A DNA stretch of 64,000 bases. Origin: Squalus acanthias (lineage: Eukaryota). The notes beneath the pieces are model-generated. The model saw nothing but the letters and a program-made list of their open reading frames with translations, did not search any database and was not told where the DNA came from. How positions within the stretch are numbered: the stretch's first letter is position 1; each line of letters opens with the position of its first letter. A program made the translations under genes and the position numbers. This document shows, piece by piece, positions 38,050-50,842 of this stretch. The DNA lies in the NCBI GenBank assembly GCA_030390025.1, contig CM059425.1, positions 172,362,001 to 172,426,000 of the forward strand, written 5' to 3'.

Positions 38050-39780
38050 ATTACATTTGCAATCCATGCACACTGCTGTGAAGTAGAGCGTCAGTGGCCT
38101 GGCAGGTTTTCTCATTAGAATTTATACCAACTCATTCTACCAATTTTATATGGAATTTTTGACACAGGCACATTGAAGGGAGCTAATTTTAACTTTCATC
38201 GCTGGGTGAAAAACAGCTGATAGCAAAGCAGCAGCCCATTTGCACCCCTCCCAATTTTCTTTTCCATTGAAAGAAAGAAAGACTTGCATTTATATAGTGT
38301 CTTTCATGACCTCAGGATGTCCTAAAGGGCTTTACAACCAGTGGAGTACTTTTATTTTGGTCAGTGGTCCTGGCCTGTGCTTTTTTGCTACATTGAAACA
38401 TTTGTTTTTCCAAAGTCAAACATTCCCTCAGTTTTTGTTAACTGATAGGGCTGGAGAGCTGTCCTGCCAGGCACAAAACTCCAGCCATTTACTGGGGAGA
38501 AGGGGGAGCATAAGATTTGTTTTAATTATTTGTTAAGTTGGCAGAGGTGTTAAAATCAGCATTGAGTTGCTGTTGATACTATCTCCTTATCCCTCTTTAG
38601 AAACTCAAAAGCAGGTGGCAATCCATTCCAGTTTGTATAAAACATCCACAAAAGCCATTACTGCTGCTCTGGATATATACTAAATAATGGTGAAATGGCA
38701 AGATCATCATACGATACATCCAAAATTTCCACACCTTCCCAAAAAAATAAATCTGTGATCTTGGAATTTCCTGAGAACAACTTGTTTTCTTGATGATTGG
38801 ATAATTACTTCTCTATCAGCTGACAGAATGGCAGATAATTGCTTAGTTGATTTTGAGAGTGAGATGCAATGGTGTCAGTCGCACAATTAGTTTTAGGTAT
38901 TTAACTACATTTGGAAAGGTTGTCAATATAAAGCAGAAAGTGTGTTGAACTAAATATAGAGCCCTGAGGGCTTCCATTATTTATTGCAAATGAATTTAAA
39001 ATGTTACATTTCTCACTCTCCTGTTCACCTATTAAACAAATAAGAATGGAACCAATAGATGAAATTTTTTTTTAAATGTATATTTTTAAAATAACATGAT
39101 TAGCAATATTGTTATTTTTGCCAAATACAGGAAAAATGCATCAACCAGCATCCTATGTTCAGACATTTTAACACAGCTTTTTCAAGGGTTTTATGATCGT
39201 ATCACGGAGAGCATCAAATAATTCCATCAGTGTTTAAATAATTTTAAAATAGTTCTGCTGCATTTTTTTCCTGCAATTTTGGACACAACCTGGAATGTAA
39301 CATTAGGCTTACAATTATAGACCAGTTGTAATAATTTGTGTTTTGCAATTATTGCTGATTTGGCGGTAATATGCCTGTTTTGTTGCATTGGGCACAATGA
39401 AAGAGATTTTGTAAAGTTTAGTGCATTTTCATCCTCATTGCTTAGTAGTTTGTTCAATTCCCCCGAGCTTCAATCCGTAATAGCTCCAGCTCAAGTGAAG
39501 GCTATCTTTTGTAGTTGTTCTTCAGTCCCATAACATGACAATCTAATGTCCGTTGTTACGTAGTCTCTGGAGAAGAATCTTGCTACTCTCCCATAAAATG
39601 ATGGGGAGGTGATGTGGAGTCATTGATGCCAAATGGTCAGTGTGATGGATCTAGGATCACTCCTGCTCCAATTCACAAGGAATTCTATATTTCATATTAT
39701 TTATATGAACTTACGGCTAGGCCAGTGCTTTGAGATTTTTCAAATAAACTTAAGCCAGCAATTCACCAGGGGAAACTATT

Positions 39781-40465
39781 GGGCCTGAAATTACGGTGCT
39801 TCAGAAGCTTTCAGAATGGCCCCGCAAGTTCCGGGTTTCCGCATGCGCGACAACCCAGAACTTGCGATCTGTCGCTACAAAATCACTTTCGCTGGCACAG
39901 CATTGGGCTATTTGCCCAACTGCTGCTCAACGAATACCCCAGGCATAAGGCCTTTTACCAGCGTAAGGGTTAAAATAAATGTTAAAATAATTTTTTTTTA
40001 ATTATTTAAACATACACATACATTAAAAATTAGTTCAGGTAAATTTTGGCCTGTTTTAAAATGTTTACATTTATTTTTCAAAAAATTTAATTTTTATTTT
40101 AAATGCTTAATTCAAGGGTCTTTTAATTAATTTTGAACATGGGAACATTTATTTTTATTTAAGTGGTGTGAATTCCTATTTATTTGTGGATTTCTAATAT
40201 GCTTATGGGGATTCCGTACGTAAGTGGAATCCTGATAAGCATCATAGGAATCCCCCTTTTTGATTGGTTGACCGGGCCCACATGATTCCAGGGACCCTCG
40301 CGAATCGCTTGTGCCTCTGGGATCTGTGGGCCTTTATGCAGGCGTACGCCTGCAAGCCCAGGGCCCAAAGAGTCTGAAGCTCCGGAGACACCAGGTAAGT
40401 TGGGATTTTTTTTCCGGTTCGGCAGCGTATTCTTCTGGTACGCCTCCGACCGCAAATTCAGGGTT
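39781..40465. mobile_element. Harbinger-type MITE (family of 19891-20628 and 59877-60628)
   Basis: gggcctgaaattacggt / accgcaaattcagg ends. Shares internal ccttttaccagcgtaag, the AT-rich core and gattgg...gcccacatgattccaggga. Confidence 0.75.
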
Positions 40466-40699
40466 ATTGTTTCTTCTAGCTTCGAATGTGCAACCAGGTG
40501 GTCTGGTTTGAAGACCAGTAGCTTTTTGAATCAGAATTAATGAAATTGCATATCTTTTGAAAGGCCAATGCCTTTTTCCTCTGATGACTTGATTATATTT
40601 GAGGAAATCTGAATGATGTTTAAGTAACTGCTAGGAGGACGTTTAGTGTTTTACAACATGTTGTAGGAATTGCAGACACTGCAGAACACATGCCAGATG

Positions 40700-41295
40700 C
40701 TTTATTCTTCAGCTGCTGCTGAAACCCTCATCTATGCCTTTGTTACCTCTATACTTGATTATTCTGATGCTCACCTGTCCGGCCTCCCATTTGCCAACCT
40801 CCACAAAACTTCAACTCATTCAAAACTCTGTTGCCCATATCCTATCCCACACCAAGTCCCGCTTACCCATCACCCCTGTCCTTACCCACATTAGCTCCCA
40901 GTCCCCCAATGTCTCACTCATCCTCACGTTTAATTTCCTTCATGGCCTCACCAATTCCTATCTCTGTAACCTCCTCCATCCCTACAACGCCCCAAGAACT
41001 CTGCATTCCTCTGACTAGCCTCTTAGGCATCTCTCATCTCTTGCCCCTCCATTAGTTTCCGTACCTGCAACCTTCTCAGCCCTGCGCTCTAGAATTCCCT
41101 CCCTAAACCTCTCCACCTTTCCCTCTCTTGCTTTAAGACCCTCCTTAAAACCCACCTCTTTGACCAAGCTTTTGGTCACCCCTCCAAATATCTGCACCTT
41201 TGACTCAGTATCCATTTTTGTCTGATTACGCCTCTGTTTAGCATCGAGACAATTTTCTTCATTACGGTGCTATATAAATGCAAGTCATTGTTGTA
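40700..41295 (+). mobile_element. L2 LINE 3' fragment
   Basis: AETLIYAFVTS.LDY...QLIQNS..PITPVL motifs. 3' end gtgctatataaatgcaagt. Confidence 0.8.
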
Positions 41296-41359
41296 ATGTT
41301 AACGATCTTGTTAACTAATCTGATTTATTCTTGTTTCTTTATACTTGTACTTCTTACAG

Positions 41360-41935
41360 TAGGGGTTCAGATACACAGATCTTTAAAAGTGGAAGAACAA
41401 GTTGATAAAGCCACAAAAACGTGTATGGGATCCTAGGTTTTATAAGTGGGGCAAAGAGAAATTGATAAACTTATACAAATCCTTGGTTAGGCCACAGTTA
41501 GAATATTGTGTCCAGTTTTGGGCACCCTACTTTAAAAAGAATGTCAAAGTCTTGTAGAGGGTAAGAAGAAGTTCACTAAGGTGAAAGCAGAGATGAGAGG
41601 TTTCAGTAATGCGGAATAACTAAAAAAAAAAAGGGCTCTTTTCACTAGAATAAGGAAGGTTAAGAACAGATTCAAGAGGTGTTCAAAATTATGAGGTGTT
41701 TTTGGTGATGTAAATGGAGAAAATAGGAGATATTCTTTTCAATACAGAAAGTTGTTAGAACATGGCTGCTTTACTAGAAACTGTGGTAGAAGTATTCATC
41801 ATAGCTTTGAAAAGGGAAATGGATAAATAGTTGAAAATGTAAAATTTTAAAAGGTATGGGGGAAGGGCAGGGGAATGCGACTGTGGATTCCTGTCTGAGA
41901 GCTGGTGTGGGTGTAGTTACTATACACCAATAGTG
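41360..41935 (+). mobile_element. Degraded CR1 3' fragment
   Basis: ttggttaggccacagttagaatattgtgtccagttttgg ([13 protein letters not shown]) remnant. Confidence 0.7.
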
Positions 41936-42009
41936 TACTATTAAAAATGAGTTAAACTGTCCATACAGCAATGCACAGTGTCCATAATAAAACAGGGGAA
42001 TACGTTGCG

Positions 42010-45000
42010 AGGAACCAGATATAGTAGGGAGTACTGAGACATGGCTACAGAAAAATCAGGACTGGGAATTAAGCATTGCAGAGTATAACATATTTAGAAA
42101 AGAGAGAGGGGGGGAAAGGGGAGGTGGAGTAGCTGTACTTATTAGAGAAAGCTTAATGGCAGTAGAAAAAAGTGATGTAACCATCAGTAAGACAGAAATA
42201 GAATCCAAGCGGATAGAGATAAAAGATAATAAAGGATCAATCACGCTAATAGGGGTAATCTACAGACCACCTAATAGTGGAAGGGTGGTGGGGGAAGAAA
42301 TATGCAAATAAATTAGGGAAATTAGTAAAAAATCATAGAATAATAATCATGGGGGATTTCAACTACCCTGAAATTAATTGGCCAGAAGAGGTAGGTAAAG
42401 GGCATAAGGGTATGGAGCTCCTACATTGTGCACAGGTCTCCTTTCTAACCCAGTATGTAAGAAGCCCCACAAGGGAGGATTCACTACTGGATCTAGTAAT
42501 GGCGAATGAACCAGAGCAGATAAGAGAAGTAAAAGTAGGGGAAAATCTAGGCAATAGTGATCATTACATAATACGCTTTAAGATAATAATTGAGAAGGAC
42601 ATAAGCATGACAAAGACCAGGGCAATAGATTGGAGAAAAGCCAATTTTTGAGGGGCTGAGAATCGATCTTGGGAAAATAAAATGGACAACAGTATTGGCA
42701 AACAATAATGTAGAACAGCAATGGGAAACATTTAAAACGTTGTTCAACAGAGTCTAGGAAAAATATATTCCGCTAAAAAACAAGAACAAACTAAATACTA
42801 ATGAGACACCATGGCTGAATAAAGACATAAAGGAAAAATTGAGGATAAGGAAAGAGGCATACAGTAATTACATGGACAGCAGGGGAGAGCATGACAAGGG
42901 AGAATTCGAAGAGATTAGGAGAGAAGTCAAAAAAACAATTAGGAAGGCAAAGAGGAACTCTGAAATTAAATTATCATGGAACATAAACAAAATAGTAAAA
43001 TATTCTACAGGCACATAAGGAAAGTCAGGGTGGAAATAGAGCCACTAAGGGATGGACAGGATAAAGTCACATGCAGCGACAGCGAAATGGCAGAAATATT
43101 AAATAATTACTTTGCTTCAGTATTTACCAGGGAGACAGATCAGGTGGACATGACATCAGAAGATGAGATTAGAATTGATATAACTGCATTTAATATAAAA
43201 AGGAGAAATATTAAATAAACTAATCAAACTCAAAGAGGATAAAACCCCTGGTCTGGATGGATTGCATCCACACATGTTTAAAAAATCTAGAAAAGAGATA
43301 GCAGAGGCACTATTACACATATTTAATAATTTGTTAAAAAAAGGTGTAGTGCTAGAGGACTGGTGGATAGCTAACATTATACCTATATTTAAGAAGGGAG
43401 ATAGAACATGTCCAGGGAACTATAGACTAGTCCATTTAACATTGGTAGTAGAAAAAATAATGGAATCCCTACTAAAGGGAAAAACAGAAAATCATCTAGA
43501 AACCAAAAATATAATAATGAATAGTCAGCATGGATTTCAAAAGAGAAAGTCTTGCTTGACCATCTTCATTGAATTCTTTGAAGAGGTAACAGAGAGGGTA
43601 GACAAGGATAATGCAGTAAATGTAATTTATCTAGATTTCCAAAAGATCTTCGATAAGGTGCCACATAATAGACTAATGAATATGGTCAGAGCATGTAGAG
43701 ATAGGAGACAAGTAGCAGAATGGATAGCTAGTTGGCTGCAAGACATAAAGCAGAGAGTAAAGGTAAAGGGTAGCTGCTATTCAGAGTGGCAGAAGGTGGA
43801 AAGTGGAGTCCCACAAGGATCAGCGCTGGGGCCACTATTGTTCACAATTTATGTTAACGATTTAGACTTTGGAATCAAAAACACAATTTCTAAATTTGCG
43901 GATGACACCAAATAGCAGGGAATAGTTGGTACTGAGGAGGACTGCAACAAATTACAAGAAGACATTAATAAACCTGCAGAATGGGCATATAATTGGGAAA
44001 TTAATTTCAACGCAGATAAGTGTGAGGTATTACATTTTGGTAGGTAAAATAAGGAGCTCACATATTACTTGGAAAATAAGAATCTAAATGGGGTAGAGGA
44101 ACAAAGGGATCTAGAAATACAAATACACAAATCACTAAAAGTAGCGACGCAGGTTAATAAGGCCATTAAAAAAAGCAAACCAAGCACTTGGGTTTATTTG
44201 TAGAGAGATTGAATTGATAAGTAGAGAAGTTATGCTAAACTTGTATCGAACCTTGGTTAAACCACACTTGGAGTACTGTGTACAATTCTGGTCGCCATAT
44301 TATAAAAAGGATACAGAGGCACTGGAGAGGGTGCAATAAAGATTTACAAGGATGATACCAGAAATGCGAGATTATACCCATCAGGAAAGGATGAACAGGC
44401 TGGGTCTCTTTTTCTTTTGAAAAGAGAAGGCTGAGGGGTGACTGAATAGAGGTCTTTAAAATTATGAAAATTTTTGATAAAGTAGACACAGAGGCCACGA
44501 TTTACCCTACCGTGACGGGTCCAGCCTCGCTGCAGGCTCCAGTCCTCTGTCCAAAATGATTTTCCCCTGATTGGGCTTGTTAAGCCCGCTCAGCGCGTTT
44601 CCCGACCAATTGAAGGAAGCGGGTCTGATGACGTCACTTGATGATGCGTCATCAGCCGGTTTCCTTAAAGGGACCATGCGCAAATTGATTTTGACAGTTG
44701 TGCTGTCAGTGTTCTACAGCATTGAGGTGCTGCAAACACTGACAAGCACTGCACAGAGGTGCACGGCTGCACCCAGGCTCTCCCATGACTCCCTCCGTAT
44801 GCTTATGGAGGGAGTCACAGCGCGCAGGGAGGTTCTCTTCCCTTCCAATGGGCGGAAGAGACCTCCCCAGGACACCAATGCAGCCTGGTTGCACATTGCA
44901 CAGGAGGGCACAAGCAGGGATGTCATCAGGAGGACCAGGCTGCAGCGGCGCCAACCTTTCAATGATCTCAGTAGATCATGAAACGTTACTGCAAAGCCAC

Positions 45001-46035
45001 ACTCAACCTCATCCTGCTGTGCCACTCATCACATCCCCATCACTCTGCCTTCCCCACCCTACTCCTGCACATCCTTACTCACACCAACTTACCTTGCACC
45101 TCCACCCATCCCTCTCTATCTATATTATCACTTCCCCATCTCAATACCCTCATCCTAGTCCAAGCATACCAACTAACAACACACAAGGGTAGGCACTTGG
45201 ATGTTTTATGCAATGTTTATGTAAAGTTTCTGTTAATGTGGTGTCAAACATTGAAACCTTTATTTTCACACTGATCTGTGTGCACCTTTGGAAGTGGCTT
45301 AGTGAGTTGCAGTGAATGGTGTGACATAATGGTACCCCCCCCCCCCCCCCCCCCCCCGCACTGGTGATGAGTGTGAAAGGAATGGCTTGGGCATTGTAGG
45401 GATGCTTTATGTTATTGGTGTGGGATGGTGCCAACCTGGCGCCTCTTGGCAGCCAGGGTGTACAGCGTCTAGTGAAGTAAATGTGGCCATGGTGAGGCCA
45501 TCCCTAGCCTCCCGGGCAGCAATGTGGTTGGGTGCCGATGCCCTGTGTCCTGTGCAGCATCAGTTGATTGCAGAGAAGGTTGATGTTGTTGTTGGTGTGT
45601 TGCTGGTGTGCCTGGTGCTGCTGGTGTTGGGGCTGATCGTGGTGGGATTCTGAGGTCCATGGGGAGATAGTTTTAAGGGCACTGATGCTGATGTAATAGA
45701 TGGCTGGTGAAGTTGAGATGACAGAAGCGATCTGTCAATGGTGAGAGCAAAACTTGAGGCCATTAATATAAGAAATCAAATAGGGAATTCAGAAGAAACT
45801 TCTTTACCCAGAGAGTGGTGAGAATGTGGAACTTGCTACCACAGGGAGTGGTTGAGGGGAATAGTATTGATGCATTTAAGGGAATGCGCAATAAGCACAT
45901 GAGGGAGAAGGGAATAGAGGGTTATGCTGATGGGGTTAGATGACGAAGGATAGGAGGAGGCTCGAGTGGAGCATGAACACCGACATGGACTGGTTGTGCC
46001 GAATGGCCAGTTTCTGTGCTGTATATTCTATGTAG
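42010..46035 (+). mobile_element. CR1 LINE (endonuclease + RT, many stops) interrupted by a Harbinger element
   Basis: TETW, YRPP, MGDFN and SDH endonuclease motifs. RT at 43262-43915. Resumes at ~45742 (KSNREFRRNFFTQRVV). Same subfamily as 1605-2883. Confidence 0.9.
44493..45741 (+). mobile_element. Internally deleted PIF/Harbinger transposon with Myb/SANT-like ORF remnant
   Basis: 44745-44981 reads APRLSHDSLRMLMEGVTARREVLFPSNGRKRPP..TNAAWLHIAQE.TSR....RT..Q....FNDL, a Myb/SANT trihelix pattern as in Harbinger ORF2/NAIF1. The minus strand at ~45470-45535 reads HIAAREARDGLTMATF, resembling a Harbinger transposase C-terminus. Left end is ggccacgattt; the right TIR is missing. Confidence 0.75.
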
Positions 46036-46961
46036 TTGATTCTGTCTTGTCATGTGATGGTCCTGAATTATTTTGCTCCTCCTTTTTAAATTTTTACAGC
46101 TTCTCCTTTGCTGCCTTAATGTCACAGGTGGTGCACAGACCTAATTTGAACTCATTGCCAAGTATCCTGCTCATTCGTTTTTTCATTTAGTTTATTCAAT
46201 TTTGTTTCAGTAGAAAACCCATTTTTATTCAAAGTAGAGTTGTCTTCAGCTCGTCAGAATCTAGTTCGGAGAAAAATATACCTGAATTACACCACATGAT
46301 GCCATGTTGTGTTGTGTATAGATTATTCCATGTTCATAATTGAAAATGCTGTAAGTCAACATGCAAATAACTGACATTCTAATTTACCTGATTTCTGGAT
46401 TGCATCATTCAAATCACTGGTGCTTAGTTTCCTATTTATCATACATGCCAGTGATTTTGTTCAGTTTGGGCCGAGTTTGCACTGACCTATAGAATTATTT
46501 CTAGCCAAAAATATCAAATGTATTTATGAACAAGTGGTTGGTTGATGGATAAACAGTTTTATAAATCTTTTTTGGTGCGTACTCCACAAATCTAAGTCCA
46601 CCTGTACGCAGTAATGTCAATGTAAGAGCTCTGTTAGCCTGGCTCCCAGCTATGAGACCAAGTGTTGTTTGGCACGGGATACTATTTTATCAAAACAGCA
46701 AAAGAGATAGGAGGAATAAAAAGCAATGCATTTTCAACTACTGTGTTTGAGCCCAGGAACATCATTTTTTTCTTATTGCTAGAAGTTTGAATGTGTGCTG
46801 CTATCGTCAGTTTACTTACTTTTATGCTGAGTGTAAATTGTAACATATATGTGAGCAACATGATGCTAACTCATATTTATAACTAGAACTTCATTGAGTA
46901 GTTTCTTGTGCTTTACAGACATGTAACGTTTCCATGTTCTAATATAATATCTGGAAACATT

Positions 46962-47111
46962 GGGGGTGAATTTCGTCTACAGCGGTAGTGCAAAGCCAGC
47001 GATAGCGAATTGGCAGCCTGTTTTACACTCCGCCCGATTTTCTGCAGTGTACAATGGGCTGCCGATTCGCTATCGCACCTTTTGCGCTAACGCCTAAGAC
47101 AAATTCACCTC
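46962..47111. mobile_element. 150-bp palindromic MITE with ATT TSD
   Basis: att|gggggtgaatttcgtct ... agacaaattcacctc|att. Internal arms gcgatagcgaattggcagcc / ggctgccgattcgctatcgc. Confidence 0.8.
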
Positions 47112-48859
47112 ATTATCTATTTGCCCTGCACTTCAATGGTTTCAAAAGATGCTACTTCCCCTTAAATAGTACTTTGTCCCACAGTTACTCAGTATCAGAA
47201 CAGAATGCAGGCACAACAGTGAGGAACCACAGGACAATTTTGTTTCGTACAGCAGTGCTATGAGAAGCACTACATTTTAGATTATCATTGGCTCCACGTC
47301 TTTCAGGTTTGAATTTGGAGCTTTTTCACTGTCTGGTAGGGTCCTCAGGGAGTTAACTAGAATGCTTAATTGCTTATTTTTCCCCTTCAAATATTAATCT
47401 GATTTTCTAAAATCAATGCAGTACTTTCTGTGTGCACCTCAGAAATGGTAATTCAGCAGCTGCTGTTAAGAGAAAGACTCTCCTCAAACCTAACTTGACT
47501 CCCACGCCTTTTTAATTGGCAGTCATTTTGACTCATGGGCTCACTCGCACTTTGTTTATTTGTTTCAAAGACTAAATCCATGCTCATTTTCAGTGCTGCT
47601 CATGCCTGAGTGCCTGTGCATTGCAGGATAGCATTCTTTCAGTGCATCAGCTAAGATCATCCACTCTTTGTAACTCGCTGTTTCTAGTTTTTCTGTATTA
47701 CTGCAGACACAAACCTTTTACCTCTTTCTCAGGTATTCTATTGTATTACCCCATGTTTAGAATAGGTTTAATCTGAAACTTGATGTCATATAACAGAAAC
47801 AGGTGATAAACATCAGTGTTGTTCCAATAAAAGCGACAGTGCCAGAGTCGTTACGAAAATCTATACACTTGTCTGTCATCATATTTTAGTCACGAACCAC
47901 ACACAATGCTTATCTCATTTTACAATACAATATTTTACGGACTTCTGAGCTCTGCAGTATAACAACAGTCTACATGTTTGCTTTATAATTAAAGTTTTCT
48001 CATGATTGTAATCATTCTTTTTTGGGGAATGCGTTTATTTCCCTCATTTCTGTCTACTGATGCCACACTATTCTGAGCCAAGTGGGGAGATGTTCAAGCA
48101 ATTCCGAGCCCTCTGTTAATGCCACTCAGGCTAATTGCTAGGAAATGCACAAGAGTGAATTGAAATTGGGGGGTGACCTCTTTTGATTTTCTATCCCTTC
48201 TTTTGCAAAATTGTCCGCAATCATTGTTCTCCATTAATTTTAGGAGCTTCAAAATAATTTATAAAAATGCTAATAATTGCAGCACTTTTGTTATTAACAA
48301 AACTTAAAAGTCAAAAGTTTCTGGCTCTTGAAAATGTTTAAGAAATTTGCTGTTGTGCTAAATTTTGTTCTCTGACACTTCTCTTCATGTGACATTGAGA
48401 ATATTTAATATAATACACCATATTCTGATAAATATTAAAAACACTTCGAATAAACTGAAGATTTAGAAGAGATTAGGTTATTCTGGTGAGAGATTCTAAT
48501 TTATTCAGCAGGCAACGTATGAATTATCATTTTTTGTACATTATCTAGAAATAGTTAAATCTGCTGTGTCCTAATATTGTCTATTTGTGTCTCTGAATAA
48601 GGCCACCAGCTGCAATGTGAATATTTAAGTCTCATTTTCTCCTTCGTAAAATATCGATTTTTAATCATGAGGTTTTGTCAGAAATGGCCTAAAAGGGGTT
48701 TTGTATTAGTAACCAGTCTGAGTATTTCTGGTGGCTAAATAAAGAATTAAACCACCAACAATGCTGTGCCATTAATCAGATGCATTCTGTATATTAAGCC
48801 TTGATCCCTCTTTCATGACCTTAGGAGCATAGAATAGACCACTGATTTGGACTGAAGGG

Positions 48860-49225
48860 TGCGAGGTGTTCAAAATTATGAAGGGTTTTTATAGAGTAAA
48901 TAAGGAGAAACTGCTTCCCCTGGCAGGAGAGTCGGTAACACAATTAAGATAATTGGCAAATGAACCAGAGGGGAGATGAGAAGAATTATTTTTACACATC
49001 AAGTTATGATGATCTGGAATGCACTGCCTGGAAAAAAAGGGGAAGGTGGAAGCAGATTCTCTAGTAACATTCAAAAGTGCATAGGATATATTCTTCAAAA
49101 GGAAAAATATTTGCAGGGCTATGGGGAAAGAGCAGGAGGGTGGCACTAATTGGACAGCTCTTTCAAAGAGTCGGCATAGGCACGATGGGCTGAATGGCCT
49201 CCTTTTGTGCTGTATGATTCTATGA
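48860..49225 (+). mobile_element. CR1 3' fragment
   Basis: gaggtgttcaaaattatgaaggg...gatgggctgaatggcctcctt...atgattctatga tail. Confidence 0.75.
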
Positions 49226-49304
49226 AAGCCATATTCACAGTATAGTTTTGTTCTTTCCAGCAGCTAATATTTTCATTCTTTTGTCAAATTCTCTAATGAG
49301 ACGT

Positions 49305-50087
49305 TGGCCTAGAACGATTCCTGCGTCAGAACAGGTAGGCCTGAGGCACACCTGACATTGGGCCTCGGCTTCATGGGTGTACCTAGGCAGCTCACCAACG
49401 AAGAGGATTTAAATTTCAGCCTGCTGCATCACCTGCAACAGCCCTCAAGTAGGTTCTGGGTGAGGGGAGAAGGGAGGGAGCGACCGGGAAATGACGGAAG
49501 CGATAGGGAGGGGGCTGATTGGGGGCACTGCAGTGGTGCAGACTCAAGAACTCCTGCACCTCCCGGCTCCACGTTCAGGTAAGTATTTTTTTTTAAAACA
49601 TACCTTTCTGGTGGCAACCCTTTAAGGATTGCTGGTTAGGCCGCATGTAGACCATGTATTTCTGAACACAGCCGGCTGCTTTCCGGGCAGCCCATTTAGC
49701 ATAGGGGGCCTCAAACAGGTGTTAGGCCCCGTATTTGCATATGCAAAGAGAATAATGCCTGTTTCAGGTGAGGGCCCCGGAAGCCTCTGTTTCTGCCTTC
49801 ACCAATATGGCAGGTGGGTCTTTATTTCTCTTTCTGTACCTAATTTACTCTAATTCGCCATATTTCCTTCTCCGTTGTTTCTCTGTTTCTTTCTCAATCC
49901 TTAAATCTCATTGGTTAAGGAGGTGGACTGTTGGTCCTGTTGTTCACCAAGGTCCCAGATGCACCGTTATCACCTCGCTGTTCCAGCAATTTGCAGCGCA
50001 AACATTTTTCGAGCTAAAGGGTGATGGGGAAAAGTCTAACTAACGGGGCACACTGTGTGAATGTCCCGCTCCAGCAAATTCTGGGCC
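49305..50087. mobile_element. Composite of two Harbinger-type MITE fragments
   Basis: 49305-49820 matches 31703-32098. 49820-50087 matches 4170-4400 inverted and ends in gcaaattctgggcc|att. Confidence 0.55.
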
Positions 50088-50842
50088 ATTGTTAATGAAA
50101 GAAAACGTATTGTGAGCTGTTTAGTTGAGACAGTTATTAAAAGTGAACTTGTGCAATGCATTTATATTCGGATATTGTCACTGCCCCTCCCGTTCTTTGA
50201 TACCAATATTCAGTTACTAAATTCAAGCCCTCTTGAGGTCATAGCATGGCCCAGAAGAAAATGGTAATCTTAAGATTCTTAGACACATGATTTAACAAAT
50301 GTGTCCTGATGATTGTCTTCAAACCATTGCTATTAAACCTAACATAACTGAAACCAAAGAACCCACTCAGCATCTTTTTTAAACTTTTCATTATTGAATT
50401 ATTCATTGTGTTTTAGGGAAGATAAATTTAATGCAGTTTCTGATTCTCATCCATTAGCTTTCAGACTCCAGATCCCAACCATTAAAATTCAGACTCCAGA
50501 TCCCAAATGCAGTACTTAAATGAGAGCTAGGATATCAAAATATAAATTCCAACCAAACAAGCACATTGTTTCTCCTGCATATATTCATGGCCACAATAGT
50601 TGGCCTTTTTCTTTTTGGAATAAAATGTTTTTTCTGGCAGACAGGCTGTTCAGCTGTAATGTAGCCCCAGTGGTCAGCTGTTGCATTTAGCACACTTCCT
50701 TGGAGACTTGTGATCTCCGAGAAACTCAGCAGCTGAGTTTATGGATCAATTAACTGAAGCTTTAAATATTGTAATACTAATTGATTTCTTTTTGGCTTTA
50801 AGCAATGTTAATACAGTGGATTTATATTATAATATAATTAAA

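Noticed and set aside
45335..45357. Poly(C) tract / G-quadruplex
   Set aside because: A simple homopolymer inside the Harbinger relic, and its length may be unreliable in the assembly.
50459..50506. Short direct repeat ttcagactccagatcccaa
   Set aside because: An isolated local duplication with no further structure.
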